A DNA stretch of 64,000 nucleotides from Candidatus Omnitrophota bacterium (GCA_026387315.1 JAPLLY010000008.1:50069-114068), one strand, 5' to 3'. Shown: positions 34,697 to 43,458, counted from the first letter of the stretch. Notes: generated by a model not told the origin, from the letters alone. Translations and numbers: made by a program.

Positions 34697-35710
34697 TTAA
34701 AACTGTTTTAGAAATCTTAAATCGTTCTCAAAAAACAACCGGATATCATTAATTCCGTATTTTAACATCGCGATCCTCTCTACCCCCATACCGAAAGCAA
34801 AACCCGTATAAATCTTATGCCCGTAACCCACCTGTTTAAAAACATTCGGATGAATCATGCCCGCGCCCAGAATCTCCAGCCAGCCTTTGGCGCCGCAGAC
34901 AGAACAACCCTTCCCCTTACAAATAATGCAAGAAATATCTACTTCCACTGATGGCTCGGTAAAGGGGAAAAAGTGCGGCCTAAAACGCATTCTAATATCC
35001 TGCCCAAAAACACTCTGAGCAAAAAGTTCCAAAATTCCTTTTAAATCGGAAAACCTGATATTTTCATCAACTAGAAATCCTTCAATCTGGTGGAACATGA
35101 AAAGATGGCTGGCATCCACCGCGTCCGGACGATATACTCTGCCCGGCACAACCATAGCCAAAGGAGGTTCGCGTGTTTTCATTACGCGCACCTGCACCGG
35201 CGAGGTGTGGCTGCGCAAAAGCAGCTTAGCATAATCTTTTAAATAAAAAGTATCAAAGGCATCGCGGGAAGGATGCTCTAACGGTATATTCAGGCCGGTG
35301 AAATTATTATATTCTGTCTCCACTTCCGGGCCTTGGACTACTGAAAAACCCAGACGATTAAATATCGCGCAGATTTCATCAATAATTTGAGTAATCGGAT
35401 GGATGTGCCCAAGCTCCTGAGCAATCCCCGGCATCCCTATATCTAAATTATTCTTCTTTAAAACGCTACTTTTAGTTTTTAAAGTTTTTTCTTTTTCCGC
35501 AAGCAGCCCCAGAAGTTTATGTTTTAAAGCATTAACCTGTTTACCAAAGATTCCTCTTTGCTCAACCGCCAGTCCGGGGATGGAGCTGGTCAACTCCGCG
35601 ATCAAGCCCTTCCTGCCCAGATACTTAACCCGCGCCTCTTCTAAGGCCTGCGCGGAAGTAATCTTGGCTAAATCACTTTCTGCTTGTACTTGAATAGAAT
35701 TAATATCCAT
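34697..35710 (-). CDS. pheS: Phenylalanyl-tRNA synthetase alpha subunit
   Basis: Class II motifs (HPITQ..., FRPHFFPFTEPS, GFAFGMGVERIAML). Confidence 0.9.
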   Translation of the reverse strand: MDINSIQVQAESDLAKITSAQALEEARVKYLGRKGLIAELTSSIPGLAVEQRGIFGKQVNALKHKLLGLLAEKEKTLKTKSSVLKKNNLDIGMPGIAQELGHIHPITQIIDEICAIFNRLGFSVVQGPEVETEYNNFTGLNIPLEHPSRDAFDTFYLKDYAKLLLRSHTSPVQVRVMKTREPPLAMVVPGRVYRPDAVDASHLFMFHQIEGFLVDENIRFSDLKGILELFAQSVFGQDIRMRFRPHFFPFTEPSVEVDISCIICKGKGCSVCGAKGWLEILGAGMIHPNVFKQVGYGHKIYTGFAFGMGVERIAMLKYGINDIRLFFENDLRFLKQF

Positions 35711-36228
35711 ATTAAGAATAACGCCCCCAGTAAAATAAGGCTTAGACTTACTTTATCAAAATTTAGCTTCTCCTTAACTATCCTTCCATTTCCAATCTTA
35801 CGTAAACTCTGCGCGTGAATATCTAAATCTCCGCCATGTTCAAGGCAAGCCCGGTGAAATACACCCACAATCTCCAGGCTATCACCCCGAGATTTATAAT
35901 TTCCCGTAAATTTTATTTCTTTCGCCAAAGCAGCGCTCATCCAGGCGCCTAGCGCGTTCTGGCCATCATTTATATTTACCCAGGCAAATTCACCCCGCAA
36001 CATTACATCTCCGATGACTTCTCCGGAATAGGCAATTAATTTACCATCATATTCTTGGGCATGGTTGATTAATTCACTACTAGATATGGATTGTGCGAAT
36101 AACAAAACTAATAAACTAAAGAACGAAAGAACTAAAGAACTAAAGAACAAAAGAACACCTGTTCTTAAGTTTTTCAGTTTTTCAGTTTTTAAGTTCTTCA
36201 GTTCTTCAGTTCTTTCGTTATCTATCAT
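35668..36228 (-). CDS. Hypothetical exported/membrane protein between trkH and pheS
   Basis: ATGA overlap with the trkH stop. N-terminal hydrophobic stretch plus a C-terminal TM helix. The first ~45 codons are encoded by an octamer-repeat palindrome. Confidence 0.45.
   Translation of the reverse strand: MIDNERTEELKNLKTEKLKNLRTGVLLFFSSLVLSFFSLLVLLFAQSISSSELINHAQEYDGKLIAYSGEVIGDVMLRGEFAWVNINDGQNALGAWMSAALAKEIKFTGNYKSRGDSLEIVGVFHRACLEHGGDLDIHAQSLRKIGNGRIVKEKLNFDKVSLSLILLGALFLIWILILFKYKQKVI
36117..36216. repeat. Octamer-periodic palindrome: five units of (T/G/A)AAAGAAC, then ACCT, then seven GTT-type units (GTTCTTAA, GTTTTTCA, GTTCTTCA ...)
   Basis: Read directly. Lies entirely inside the 5' end of the 35668-36228 ORF. 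Confidence 0.85.
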
Positions 36229-37727
36229 TTCCCTTTAATATTGGCAAATAAAAATCCCAGAATAGTAAATACTGACATAAACTCCAAACGGCCAGCCCAC
36301 ATCTGTAATATATAGGTAACCTTGAGCGCGGCCGGCATGGCAATATTGGTAATGCCGCAAGATAATCCCACGTTAGCCGCGGCAGAGGTAGACTCAAAAA
36401 GTGCCCCTAAAAAAGGATAACCATAAAACATCCCGGCCAGCGCGCCTAAACCATATAAAATTATATAAGCCAGGGTAATCATTAAAGCTCCTCTGACCAA
36501 CTTATCCTCTAAAAACACCTCTCTGATATGGTGGAACTTTTCAACGACAATCGCCCTCTCCGGCATAATGATTCTTTTGAGATCCTCTTTAAAGGCTTTA
36601 AAAATAATCCCGATGCGCAGCATCTTAATTGCCCCGGTAGTCGAACAGACTGCTCCGCCTAGAGCCATAGCCAAAATTACTCCTACCAATGCCAATTGAT
36701 TCCAATCCGTGCCAAACTGCTGGGCATAAATAGTCTGAAAACCAGTCCCGGTGTGGCCGGAGATAAGCTGATAAAATCCCTTACGGAAAAGCATTGCTGC
36801 CGCCGGATAAATTCCCGTCTGCGCTAAACCCACCGCCACAATAGAAAAAGTAGCAATAATGGTGACAAAAAGTGTCCGCGTTTCAATATTTTTAATCAGC
36901 TCCTTACGATTCCCCATCCATAAATGGTAATGCAGTTTAAAATTAAGCGCCCCCAGAACCATCAGGATTACGGTAATCACTTCATAAGCAAAACTATGGT
37001 AATAAAGTATATTTTGCGACTGCGGGCTGAATCCTCCGGTATCAAAAGCCGCCATAAATATGCAGGCGCCATGAAAAAACGAATTAAGCGGCTTCATCCC
37101 GTTAAATATCCCGGTTAGGCCTAAAGCCAGGGTACCCAAAATCAGATAAACAATGCTTACCAGCCAAATAAACCTGGAGGTATTAATGACATTGGGCATA
37201 ATTTTCTCGTCCCGCGCCTCACCCACATACATTTTAAACGCGCCGGAAAATCCGCGCACAAAGAAAGAAAGCGCGATCACTACAATCCCCTGGCCTCCCA
37301 AAAACATAATCAGATGCCGCCAAAGGTTATGCGCGTAAGAAAGGTGGTCCAAATCCTGAACCAGGGCCAGGCCGGTGGTAGCAAATCCGCTCATCGCGTC
37401 AAAACACGCGTCTAAAAAGGATTTCCAGTGGCCGCTCAAATATAATGGAATCGCTCCTAAAATCATTGCCATCACCCAGGATAAACTGACTACAATCATA
37501 CCCTGCATCCAATTTAAATCCTCCTGTGTCTGGCAGATTTTAATTAAGAGTAATCCTAATAAAACAGATATTTCGATACTAATGAAAAAATCCAGGGCGG
37601 GGTTTATCTCTGAAAAACAGGCGGCAATCAAAATAGGAATAACCATGGTCAAGGCTAATCCCAAAATTATTTTCCCCAGGTAAAAACCAATGATCTTTAA
37701 ATCTTGGAGGCGGGGTTTAAGAATCAT
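36225..37727 (-). CDS. trkH: TrkH/KtrB-family potassium uptake membrane subunit
   Basis: 500-aa polytopic protein with repeated M1-P-M2 units (GFATTG, TGGF, GTGF, ANVGLS selectivity-filter-like glycines). Confidence 0.85.
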   Translation of the reverse strand: MILKPRLQDLKIIGFYLGKIILGLALTMVIPILIAACFSEINPALDFFISIEISVLLGLLLIKICQTQEDLNWMQGMIVVSLSWVMAMILGAIPLYLSGHWKSFLDACFDAMSGFATTGLALVQDLDHLSYAHNLWRHLIMFLGGQGIVVIALSFFVRGFSGAFKMYVGEARDEKIMPNVINTSRFIWLVSIVYLILGTLALGLTGIFNGMKPLNSFFHGACIFMAAFDTGGFSPQSQNILYYHSFAYEVITVILMVLGALNFKLHYHLWMGNRKELIKNIETRTLFVTIIATFSIVAVGLAQTGIYPAAAMLFRKGFYQLISGHTGTGFQTIYAQQFGTDWNQLALVGVILAMALGGAVCSTTGAIKMLRIGIIFKAFKEDLKRIIMPERAIVVEKFHHIREVFLEDKLVRGALMITLAYIILYGLGALAGMFYGYPFLGALFESTSAAANVGLSCGITNIAMPAALKVTYILQMWAGRLEFMSVFTILGFLFANIKGK

Positions 37728-37840
37728 AACTTAAAATATATTGCCCAGCAGATCAAAAACGCTGCCAGCATGATAAAACAAACATAAAAAATTTCTGTGG
37801 TTATCCCGAATATAATATTTAAGGCAGGTTTAAATCTCAT
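37724..37840 (-). CDS. Possible 38-aa hydrophobic peptide translationally coupled to trkH
   Basis: MRFKPALNIIFGITTEIFYVCFIMLAAFLICWAIYFKL*. Its TGA overlaps the trkH ATG (ATGA). No clear RBS, so this is tentative. Confidence 0.3.
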   Translation of the reverse strand: MRFKPALNIIFGITTEIFYVCFIMLAAFLICWAIYFKL

Positions 37841-37934
37841 GTATTTTAAGAGATTGCTGTATTGTTTAGAATCTTTCAGCAATCTCTAATTAGAGAGCGC
37901 TGATATAGTTTTTAATAATTTTTCGGCGCTCTCT

Positions 37935-38597
37935 TTAAAGCTTCCCGGCTAAAAGGCTGAGTAGCTGCGGCTCGTTACCGATTAAAGTAAGCGCAATCAC
38001 ATCATCCCCGGTTTTAAGCACAGTATCGCCTTTAGGAAGAATGACCTCTTCTCCCCTGACAATCGAAACTAATACCGCGTCTTTGGGTAAAGCGATATCT
38101 TTTACCTGCCGATTAATTACCGGGGCATCATCCGGAAGATCCACGCGCACAATCGCCAGCTTGCCGCGCTTAAAACTCATTAGATTTACGAAATCCGAGA
38201 AAGAGACTTCTTCTTCAATAATTTTGGCAATAATCTTAGTGGAATCAACCGGCACATCAATACCTAACTCATTAAAGGTATGTTCATTATCGGGATTATT
38301 TACCCGGCCCACCGTACGCTGCAGGTTAAATTTTTCTTTAGCCAACTGACAGATAATCAGATTATCTTCATCGTCACCGGTGACCGCGGCTAAAACATCC
38401 GCCCTGGCGATCCCGGCTTCCTCCAGTATTTTTGGGTCGCAGGCATCGCCATTAACTACCAGAGCATCTAATTCCTTGGCCAGTTCTTCACAAATCTGGC
38501 GGTCTTTATCCACGACACTTACCGTATGCTTACCCTGACAAAGCCTTCTGGCCAGAAAATAACCCACTTTACCCGCGCCGACAATTAAGATATACAT
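37935..38597 (-). CDS. trkA: TrkA/KtrA-type RCK protein (NAD-binding N domain plus C domain)
   Basis: MYILIVGAGKVGYFLARRL Rossmann motif and an RCK_C-like C-terminus. Confidence 0.85.
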   Translation of the reverse strand: MYILIVGAGKVGYFLARRLCQGKHTVSVVDKDRQICEELAKELDALVVNGDACDPKILEEAGIARADVLAAVTGDDEDNLIICQLAKEKFNLQRTVGRVNNPDNEHTFNELGIDVPVDSTKIIAKIIEEEVSFSDFVNLMSFKRGKLAIVRVDLPDDAPVINRQVKDIALPKDAVLVSIVRGEEVILPKGDTVLKTGDDVIALTLIGNEPQLLSLLAGKL

Positions 38598-38616
38598 CCC
38601 GTTACAAACCTCCGAT

Positions 38617-39270
38617 CTATTTTTCTCCCAAGTGAAACTTTTCTCTGACCGCTTGGAGGCTAGAAACTTTTACCACCCCCATTAGAATATCTTTATTTTT
38701 TAAAACGGTTTTAGGTTCAGGGATCACAACTCCCTGCATTCTACGCAAGGCCACGACAATAAAATCTCCCGGGATATTTATATCCTGAATGGTTTTACCG
38801 ACTAAATCATTCTTGGCTTCAATTTCAATAACTCCTAAATCCTTGGATTCAATTAAATAACTGGAGAACCTGCTCTCAATAATTTTATCTCTAAGCATAG
38901 CTGAAAAAAGCATTGTGCCGCTGATAATATCCAAACCCAGAGCCGCGTAAATATGAGCGCGCTGCGGATCATAAACCCGGGCAAAAACTTTGGGCACGCA
39001 AAAAATCTTTTTAGCCACCTGGGCGCTAATTAAGTTGGTATTATCTCCATCGGTTACCGCGCAAAAAGCATCCGCTTTTTCAATGCCTACCTGTTTTAGA
39101 AGAGCTAGGTCAAAACCATTACCGACCATGGTCAGCCCATTAAAAGTATCCCCCAGCCGCTTAAGCGCCTCCTGCGTTTTATCAATAACTACCACATCGT
39201 GGCCTTCACCGGATAAAAGCTTGGCCAGCTCCGCGCCCACTCTTCCACAACCTACAATAATTACATACAT
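38617..39270 (-). CDS. trkA: TrkA/KtrA-type RCK protein (second copy)
   Basis: MYVIIVGCGRVGAELAKLL Rossmann motif and an RCK_C-like C-terminus. Confidence 0.85.
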   Translation of the reverse strand: MYVIIVGCGRVGAELAKLLSGEGHDVVVIDKTQEALKRLGDTFNGLTMVGNGFDLALLKQVGIEKADAFCAVTDGDNTNLISAQVAKKIFCVPKVFARVYDPQRAHIYAALGLDIISGTMLFSAMLRDKIIESRFSSYLIESKDLGVIEIEAKNDLVGKTIQDINIPGDFIVVALRRMQGVVIPEPKTVLKNKDILMGVVKVSSLQAVREKFHLGEK

Positions 39271-39307
39271 GATTTCTCCGGTTTTAACTAAATCTTAAAC
39301 AAAAGCC

Positions 39308-39387
39308 TTAAGCTGTAAGCTGTAAGCTGTAAGTTTTAAGCTGTAAGTTTTAAGCTTACCGCTTACGACTTACCGCTTACAACTTAC
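39308..39387. repeat. Heptamer-periodic palindrome (TAAGCTG x3, TAAGTTT, TAAGCTG, TAAGTTT, TAAGCTT | ACCGCTT ACGACTT ACCGCTT ACAACTT)
   Basis: Read directly. Fills the rplT-trkA gap and ends at the rplT stop codon. Confidence 0.9.
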
Positions 39388-39735
39388 TCATTCTTTTATC
39401 TTTTCAACTAACTTTCTAAACGCAGCATTATTTCTTACTGCTAAATCCGCCAAAATCTTGCGGTCTAGAGTAATCTTCGATCTCTTAAGCCCATTCATAA
39501 ATACGCTATAGGAAATCCCCACTTCTCGGCAAGCCGCGTTAATCCGGGCAATCCAGAGGCTGCGGAATTCACGCTTCTTATTCCGGCGATCCCGGTAGGC
39601 ATATCTGAGCGCGTGTACCAATACTCTTTTGGCCTGCTGGTATTGCTTACTATGATCACCCCAGAACCCCTTAGCCTGTTTTAGAACCTTCTTCTTTCTT
39701 TTCCGCGTTGCTACACTGTGTTTAGCCTTTGCCAT
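39388..39735 (-). CDS. rplT: 50S ribosomal protein L20
   Basis: [26 protein letters not shown]... Start at the ATG at 39735, with GAGGAG upstream. Confidence 0.9.
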   Translation of the reverse strand: MAKAKHSVATRKRKKKVLKQAKGFWGDHSKQYQQAKRVLVHALRYAYRDRRNKKREFRSLWIARINAACREVGISYSVFMNGLKRSKITLDRKILADLAVRNNAAFRKLVEKIKE

Positions 39736-39749
39736 TATTATTCTCCTCA

Positions 39750-39905
39750 TTTTTCCCCAGCCACCGGCGCTTGGGGAAAAATGACCCCGAGCTCCCGCGA
39801 GGGGGAGAGTTTTTCCCCAGCCTCTCCGCCGCTGGCGGAGTCCGCCACAGGCGTGACCGGCGCCTGAGGAAAATAACCCTTAAGCCCCCCCCGAGGGGGA
39901 AATAT
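39750..39905. repeat. The same ~60-nt GC-rich repeat as at 23641 (one close copy plus one diverged copy), in the rpmI-rplT spacer
   Basis: 39750-39807 is nearly identical to 23641-23698. 39810-39900 keeps the ends (TTTTTCCCCAGCC ... CCGAGGGGGAAA) but has a different GC-rich interior. Confidence 0.9.
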
Positions 39906-39920
39906 TATTTTACATAGATC

Positions 39921-40121
39921 CTACCCATAAGGTAACATAGATTTGATAAATCTTACTTCTTTTTTACCCGCCAGCGTCCTACGCCTCCTTAAATTTCTTA
40001 TTTTTTTTGTTTTCTTAGAAGAAGCTAAATGGCTTTTTCCGCCAGGCGAATACTTAACTTTACCTTTTTTGGTAATTTTAAAACGTTTAGCTACCCCGCG
40101 TTTTGTTTTTAACTTTGGCAT
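39921..40121 (-). CDS. rpmI: 50S ribosomal protein L35
   Basis: MPKLKTKRGVAKRFKITKKGKV... Confidence 0.9.
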   Translation of the reverse strand: MPKLKTKRGVAKRFKITKKGKVKYSPGGKSHLASSKKTKKIRNLRRRRTLAGKKEVRFIKSMLPYG

Positions 40122-40216
40122 TTTCTCACTCCATTAAATAGTTAGCACTAAAAAACCTACTTTCCCACCTATCGTCATTCTGAGGAGCCCGCCGGAATCT
40201 CTTCTACGGAAATCCC

Positions 40217-40274
40217 GGGGACGGTTCTATTGTTTCTTCACGCTAATGACGGTAGAAAAAATAGAACCGTCCCC
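40217..40274. repeat. GGGGACGGTTCT family hairpin (15-bp stem)
   Basis: GGGGACGGTTCTATT (40217-40231) / AATAGAACCGTCCCC (40260-40274), followed by TTGATTC. Lies between infC and rpmI. Confidence 0.9.
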
Positions 40275-40309
40275 TTGATTCTAATTAGCGCAGGGTATCT
40301 TATTATATC

Positions 40310-40816
40310 CTACTTTGGGGCAATTACAAAAGACATAATCCTGCCTTCAAGTGACGGTGTCTTTTCTACCTGCCCATCATTCTGCGTATCAAGAATAAAT
40401 TTATCTAAAACCTTTCTTCCTAGATCTAAATGCTCCATCTGCCTGCCGCGGAAGAAAAGGTTAACTTTAACTTTATCTTTTTTCTTTAAAAAACTTATTA
40501 CCTGTTTAACCTTGGTTTCAAAGTCATGTTCGTCAATATTGGGCTTAAGGCGGATTTCTTTAAGCCGTCCCTGTTTCTGATGTTTTTTAGATTCCCGCTC
40601 TTTTTTCTCCAGGTCATATCTAAATTTACTGTACTCAACAATCCGACAAACCGGCGGAGCAGCCGCGGGGGCAACCTCTACTAAATCTAACTCATGCTGA
40701 TTGGCAATCTCTAAAGCCCTCTGCACAGACATTACTCCTAGCTGGCTCCCATCATGGCCGATAACCCGAACTTGTGGTGAACTAATTCTGTCGTTAATAC
40801 GCGTGAACTTTTTTAT
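40310..40816 (-). CDS. infC: Translation initiation factor IF-3, non-canonical ATA start
   Basis: The reading frame is open upstream of the track's Met: IKKFTRINDRISSPQVRVIGHDGSQLGVMSVQRAL... GGAGG lies 5 nt before the ATA at 40816. Confidence 0.8.
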   Translation of the reverse strand: MKKFTRINDRISSPQVRVIGHDGSQLGVMSVQRALEIANQHELDLVEVAPAAAPPVCRIVEYSKFRYDLEKKERESKKHQKQGRLKEIRLKPNIDEHDFETKVKQVISFLKKKDKVKVNLFFRGRQMEHLDLGRKVLDKFILDTQNDGQVEKTPSLEGRIMSFVIAPK

Positions 40817-40831
40817 AGCTTCCTCCCTCTT

Positions 40832-42619
40832 TTATTTATGTTCCTGAATCTGATTAATTAAAATCCCCATAAACTCCTCCAAAACAACCGCGCCCTGATC
40901 CCCGCTTCCTTTTTTACGAACACTCACTTGCTGCTGTTTAGCCTCCCGGCCACCTAAAATCAAACAATAAGGAATTTTATTGATTTCGGCATTGCGAATG
41001 CGTTTATCCAGGGTTTCATTACGCGAATCTATATCTACGCGTATATTGTTTTGCAATAGCTTTTCTTTTACTTCTTGCGCGTAAGCACCAACTGTATCTT
41101 TAACCCCGTTAGAGACAGGCTGCCGCGGGCAGCCGTCGGACACCTTCGGTGTCCTGTCTCTAACGGGGTGAATTGGAATCAACAAGACCTGCGTTGGAGC
41201 CAACCATAAAGGAAGCTCTCCCTTGTAATGCTCAATCAGGGCGCCGATAAAACGCTCCAGGCTGCCTAACAAAACCCGGTGCAGCATAATCGGCTGCTTT
41301 TCTTTACCCGTCTCATCAATATAAGCTAAATTAAACCTTTTGGGAAGAGCAAAATCACATTGAATGGTCGCGCACTGCCAACTTCTTTTGAGCGCGTCTT
41401 TTAATTTTATATCAATTTTCGGGCCGTAAAAAGCGCCTTCTTGCGCGCGCAGATCATACTTTAGCCCTTTTTCTTTCAATGCCGCTTCTAAAGCTGCCGT
41501 GGCGCTCTGCCAATCCTCATCCGAACCGATAGATTTTTCCGGACGCGTACTTAATTCGATGCCTAACGTATCAAATCCAAAAACTTTCATCGTTTCGAAA
41601 ACAAAATCAATAATTTCCTTAATCTCACCGGATAATTGTTCCGGTAAGCAAAAAATATGCGCGTCATCTTGAGTAAACCCGCGCACCCGCAATAACCCAT
41701 GTAAAACCCCGGCTTTTTCCCGGCGATAAACTGTACCCAGCTCGAAATACCGAATAGGTAAATCTTTATAACTCCTGGTTTTAGATTTATAAATCAAAAT
41801 ATGGCCCGGGCAATTCATGGGTTTTAAAACATACTCCTGTTCATCCACATTAAGGGTGAACATACTATCTTTGTAATAATCATAGTGGCCGCTGGTCTTC
41901 CATAAACCCGCCTGCATAATATGCGGAGTAATTACCATTTCGTAGCCGCGTTTTAGATGCTCCTTTTTTTCATAATCCTCAATGATGGCGCGTAAAAGCG
42001 CTCCCTTGGGGTGATAAAAGACTAACCCGGCACCCGCCTCTTCATGATAAATATCAAAGAACCCTAAACTGGTCCCCAGCTTCCTATGGTCGCGCAATTT
42101 TGCTTCATCTAAATTCTTTAAATGCTCATCCAATTCTTTTTTGCTCTCAAAACAAGTGCCGTAAATTCTCTGAAGCATCGGGTTTGTTTCTAGGCCATGC
42201 CAATACGCTCCGGCTACCGATAATAATTTAAAAGCCTTAATCTCGCCGGTTGATTTTATATGCGGCCCGCGGCATAAATCCAGGAAGCCTTCGCCGGTTT
42301 TATAAACGCTCACCTGCTCGTCGGCAATACCCTGCAAAAGATCTAGCTTATATGGTTCCTTGAGGCCTTGAAATAATTTAATCGCGCCGGCCTTGGAAAG
42401 CTCTTGGCGGATAAACGGTTTATCTTGGGCAATTATCTTTAACATTTCCGCCTCGATTTTCGCCAAATCTTCGCCGGTAAACGGCTCTTGTTTATCGAAG
42501 TCATAGTAGAAGCCGTCTTCAATAGCCGGCCCAATGGCTAATTTTACCTCCGGCCAAAGCCCCTTTACCGCTTGGGCCATAATGTGCGAACAGGAATGTC
42601 TTAAAATGTTTAGATCCAT
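40832..42619 (-). CDS. thrS: Threonyl-tRNA synthetase lacking the N-terminal TGS domain
   Basis: Starts MDLNILRHSCSHIMAQAV (editing-domain HxxxH). Class II core and anticodon-binding domain are present. The track's longer ORF runs into tRNA-Val. Confidence 0.9.
   Translation of the reverse strand: MDLNILRHSCSHIMAQAVKGLWPEVKLAIGPAIEDGFYYDFDKQEPFTGEDLAKIEAEMLKIIAQDKPFIRQELSKAGAIKLFQGLKEPYKLDLLQGIADEQVSVYKTGEGFLDLCRGPHIKSTGEIKAFKLLSVAGAYWHGLETNPMLQRIYGTCFESKKELDEHLKNLDEAKLRDHRKLGTSLGFFDIYHEEAGAGLVFYHPKGALLRAIIEDYEKKEHLKRGYEMVITPHIMQAGLWKTSGHYDYYKDSMFTLNVDEQEYVLKPMNCPGHILIYKSKTRSYKDLPIRYFELGTVYRREKAGVLHGLLRVRGFTQDDAHIFCLPEQLSGEIKEIIDFVFETMKVFGFDTLGIELSTRPEKSIGSDEDWQSATAALEAALKEKGLKYDLRAQEGAFYGPKIDIKLKDALKRSWQCATIQCDFALPKRFNLAYIDETGKEKQPIMLHRVLLGSLERFIGALIEHYKGELPLWLAPTQVLLIPIHPVRDRTPKVSDGCPRQPVSNGVKDTVGAYAQEVKEKLLQNNIRVDIDSRNETLDKRIRNAEINKIPYCLILGGREAKQQQVSVRKKGSGDQGAVVLEEFMGILINQIQEHK
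41104..41168. repeat. 65-nt GC-rich multi-hairpin palindrome inside thrS
   Basis: CCCCGTTAGAGACAGG (41104-41119) / CCTGTCTCTAACGGGG (41153-41168), enclosing CTGCC-gcg-GGCAG and GGACAC-cttcg-GTGTCC. Confidence 0.9.
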
Positions 42620-42624
42620 AATTA

Positions 42625-42701
42625 TGGTGGGCAGTACAGGACTCGAACCTGCGACCCTCACAATGTCAATGTGATGCTCTAACCAGCTGAGCTAACCGCC
42701 C
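42625..42701 (-). tRNA. tRNA-Val (anticodon GAC), CCA encoded
   Basis: Hand-folded: GGGCGGT acceptor, D arm GCTC/GAGC, anticodon arm TCACA-TTGACAT-TGTGA, T loop TTCGAGT. Confidence 0.85.
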
Positions 42702-42809
42702 GAAAATTGTGGTTTGATTCCACTCATGGCAAACCCTACATCTCCAAGAGATTTAACTACTTGTGAAAACGACTTTCCACAAAGTTAGACGAAGGTTCAT
42801 GTATTTCAC

Positions 42810-43454
42810 CTAAATTTGCTTCTGCTTCTTCTCTCGAATACTTTTCAACAGAAAAGGTGCGGCTTCTTCGTATGTTTTCCCTGATTTTATAGAATTACAA
42901 ACCAAACAACACGTTTTCAAATTATCCTTGTTGTGTTTCCCGCCTTTACTCTGCGGATTCAAATGATCAAGAGTAGCGTTTTTGTCTGTTACCTTATCGC
43001 CACAATAATGACAAAGCCATTTATCACGTTCAAAAATTATTTTTCTTCGCTCGGGATCGGTAAAATAATCTTCAAGAGGTTCTTTTTTTAGATCTCCGTT
43101 CTTCTCATTCTTTAATTTTAGGCTTTCTTCTACTTCTGATGGCAACTTCACCTTATAGATTTTACCATTACGATTAATTTCTATTATATCTACGTGTCCT
43201 TTCTTCGCCAAATCTCTAATACAATCACTAACCGTGCTTGGAGCTAACCCCTTAGATTTGGAAAGTTTTCCTTTAGCTGGTTTGCTAACCTCTTTAGCGA
43301 GGGTTCTGTCGCCAACCTGAACTTGGTTTTTCCCATTCTCTAAATAGGACCAACGTAAAAGGTAATTATAAATGGATTGTTCTGTTGGAGTCTGAAGTGG
43401 TGATAAATAATCAATAACATCTTTGACAATTTTTATGAGTTCTTTAGCATCCAT
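42810..43454 (-). CDS. wHTH plus HNH endonuclease domain protein
   Basis: C-terminal CHYCG...TLDHLNPQSKGG...NL..CCLVCNSIK (HNH). The N-terminal ...STVSDCIRDLAKKGHVDIIE... is winged-helix-like. Confidence 0.7.
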   Translation of the reverse strand: MDAKELIKIVKDVIDYLSPLQTPTEQSIYNYLLRWSYLENGKNQVQVGDRTLAKEVSKPAKGKLSKSKGLAPSTVSDCIRDLAKKGHVDIIEINRNGKIYKVKLPSEVEESLKLKNEKNGDLKKEPLEDYFTDPERRKIIFERDKWLCHYCGDKVTDKNATLDHLNPQSKGGKHNKDNLKTCCLVCNSIKSGKTYEEAAPFLLKSIREKKQKQI

Positions 43455-43458
43455 ATCT

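Noticed and set aside
37728-37934. c-di-AMP (ydaO/kimA-type) riboswitch upstream of trkH
   Set aside because: The region is too short and lacks the conserved ACGGGGA/CCCA-type cores. It holds only two simple perfect hairpins.
39750-39905. Known ribosomal L20 leader
   Set aside because: The same element precedes rny, and it sits between rpmI and rplT rather than upstream of infC or rpmI. It is treated as a repeat family instead.
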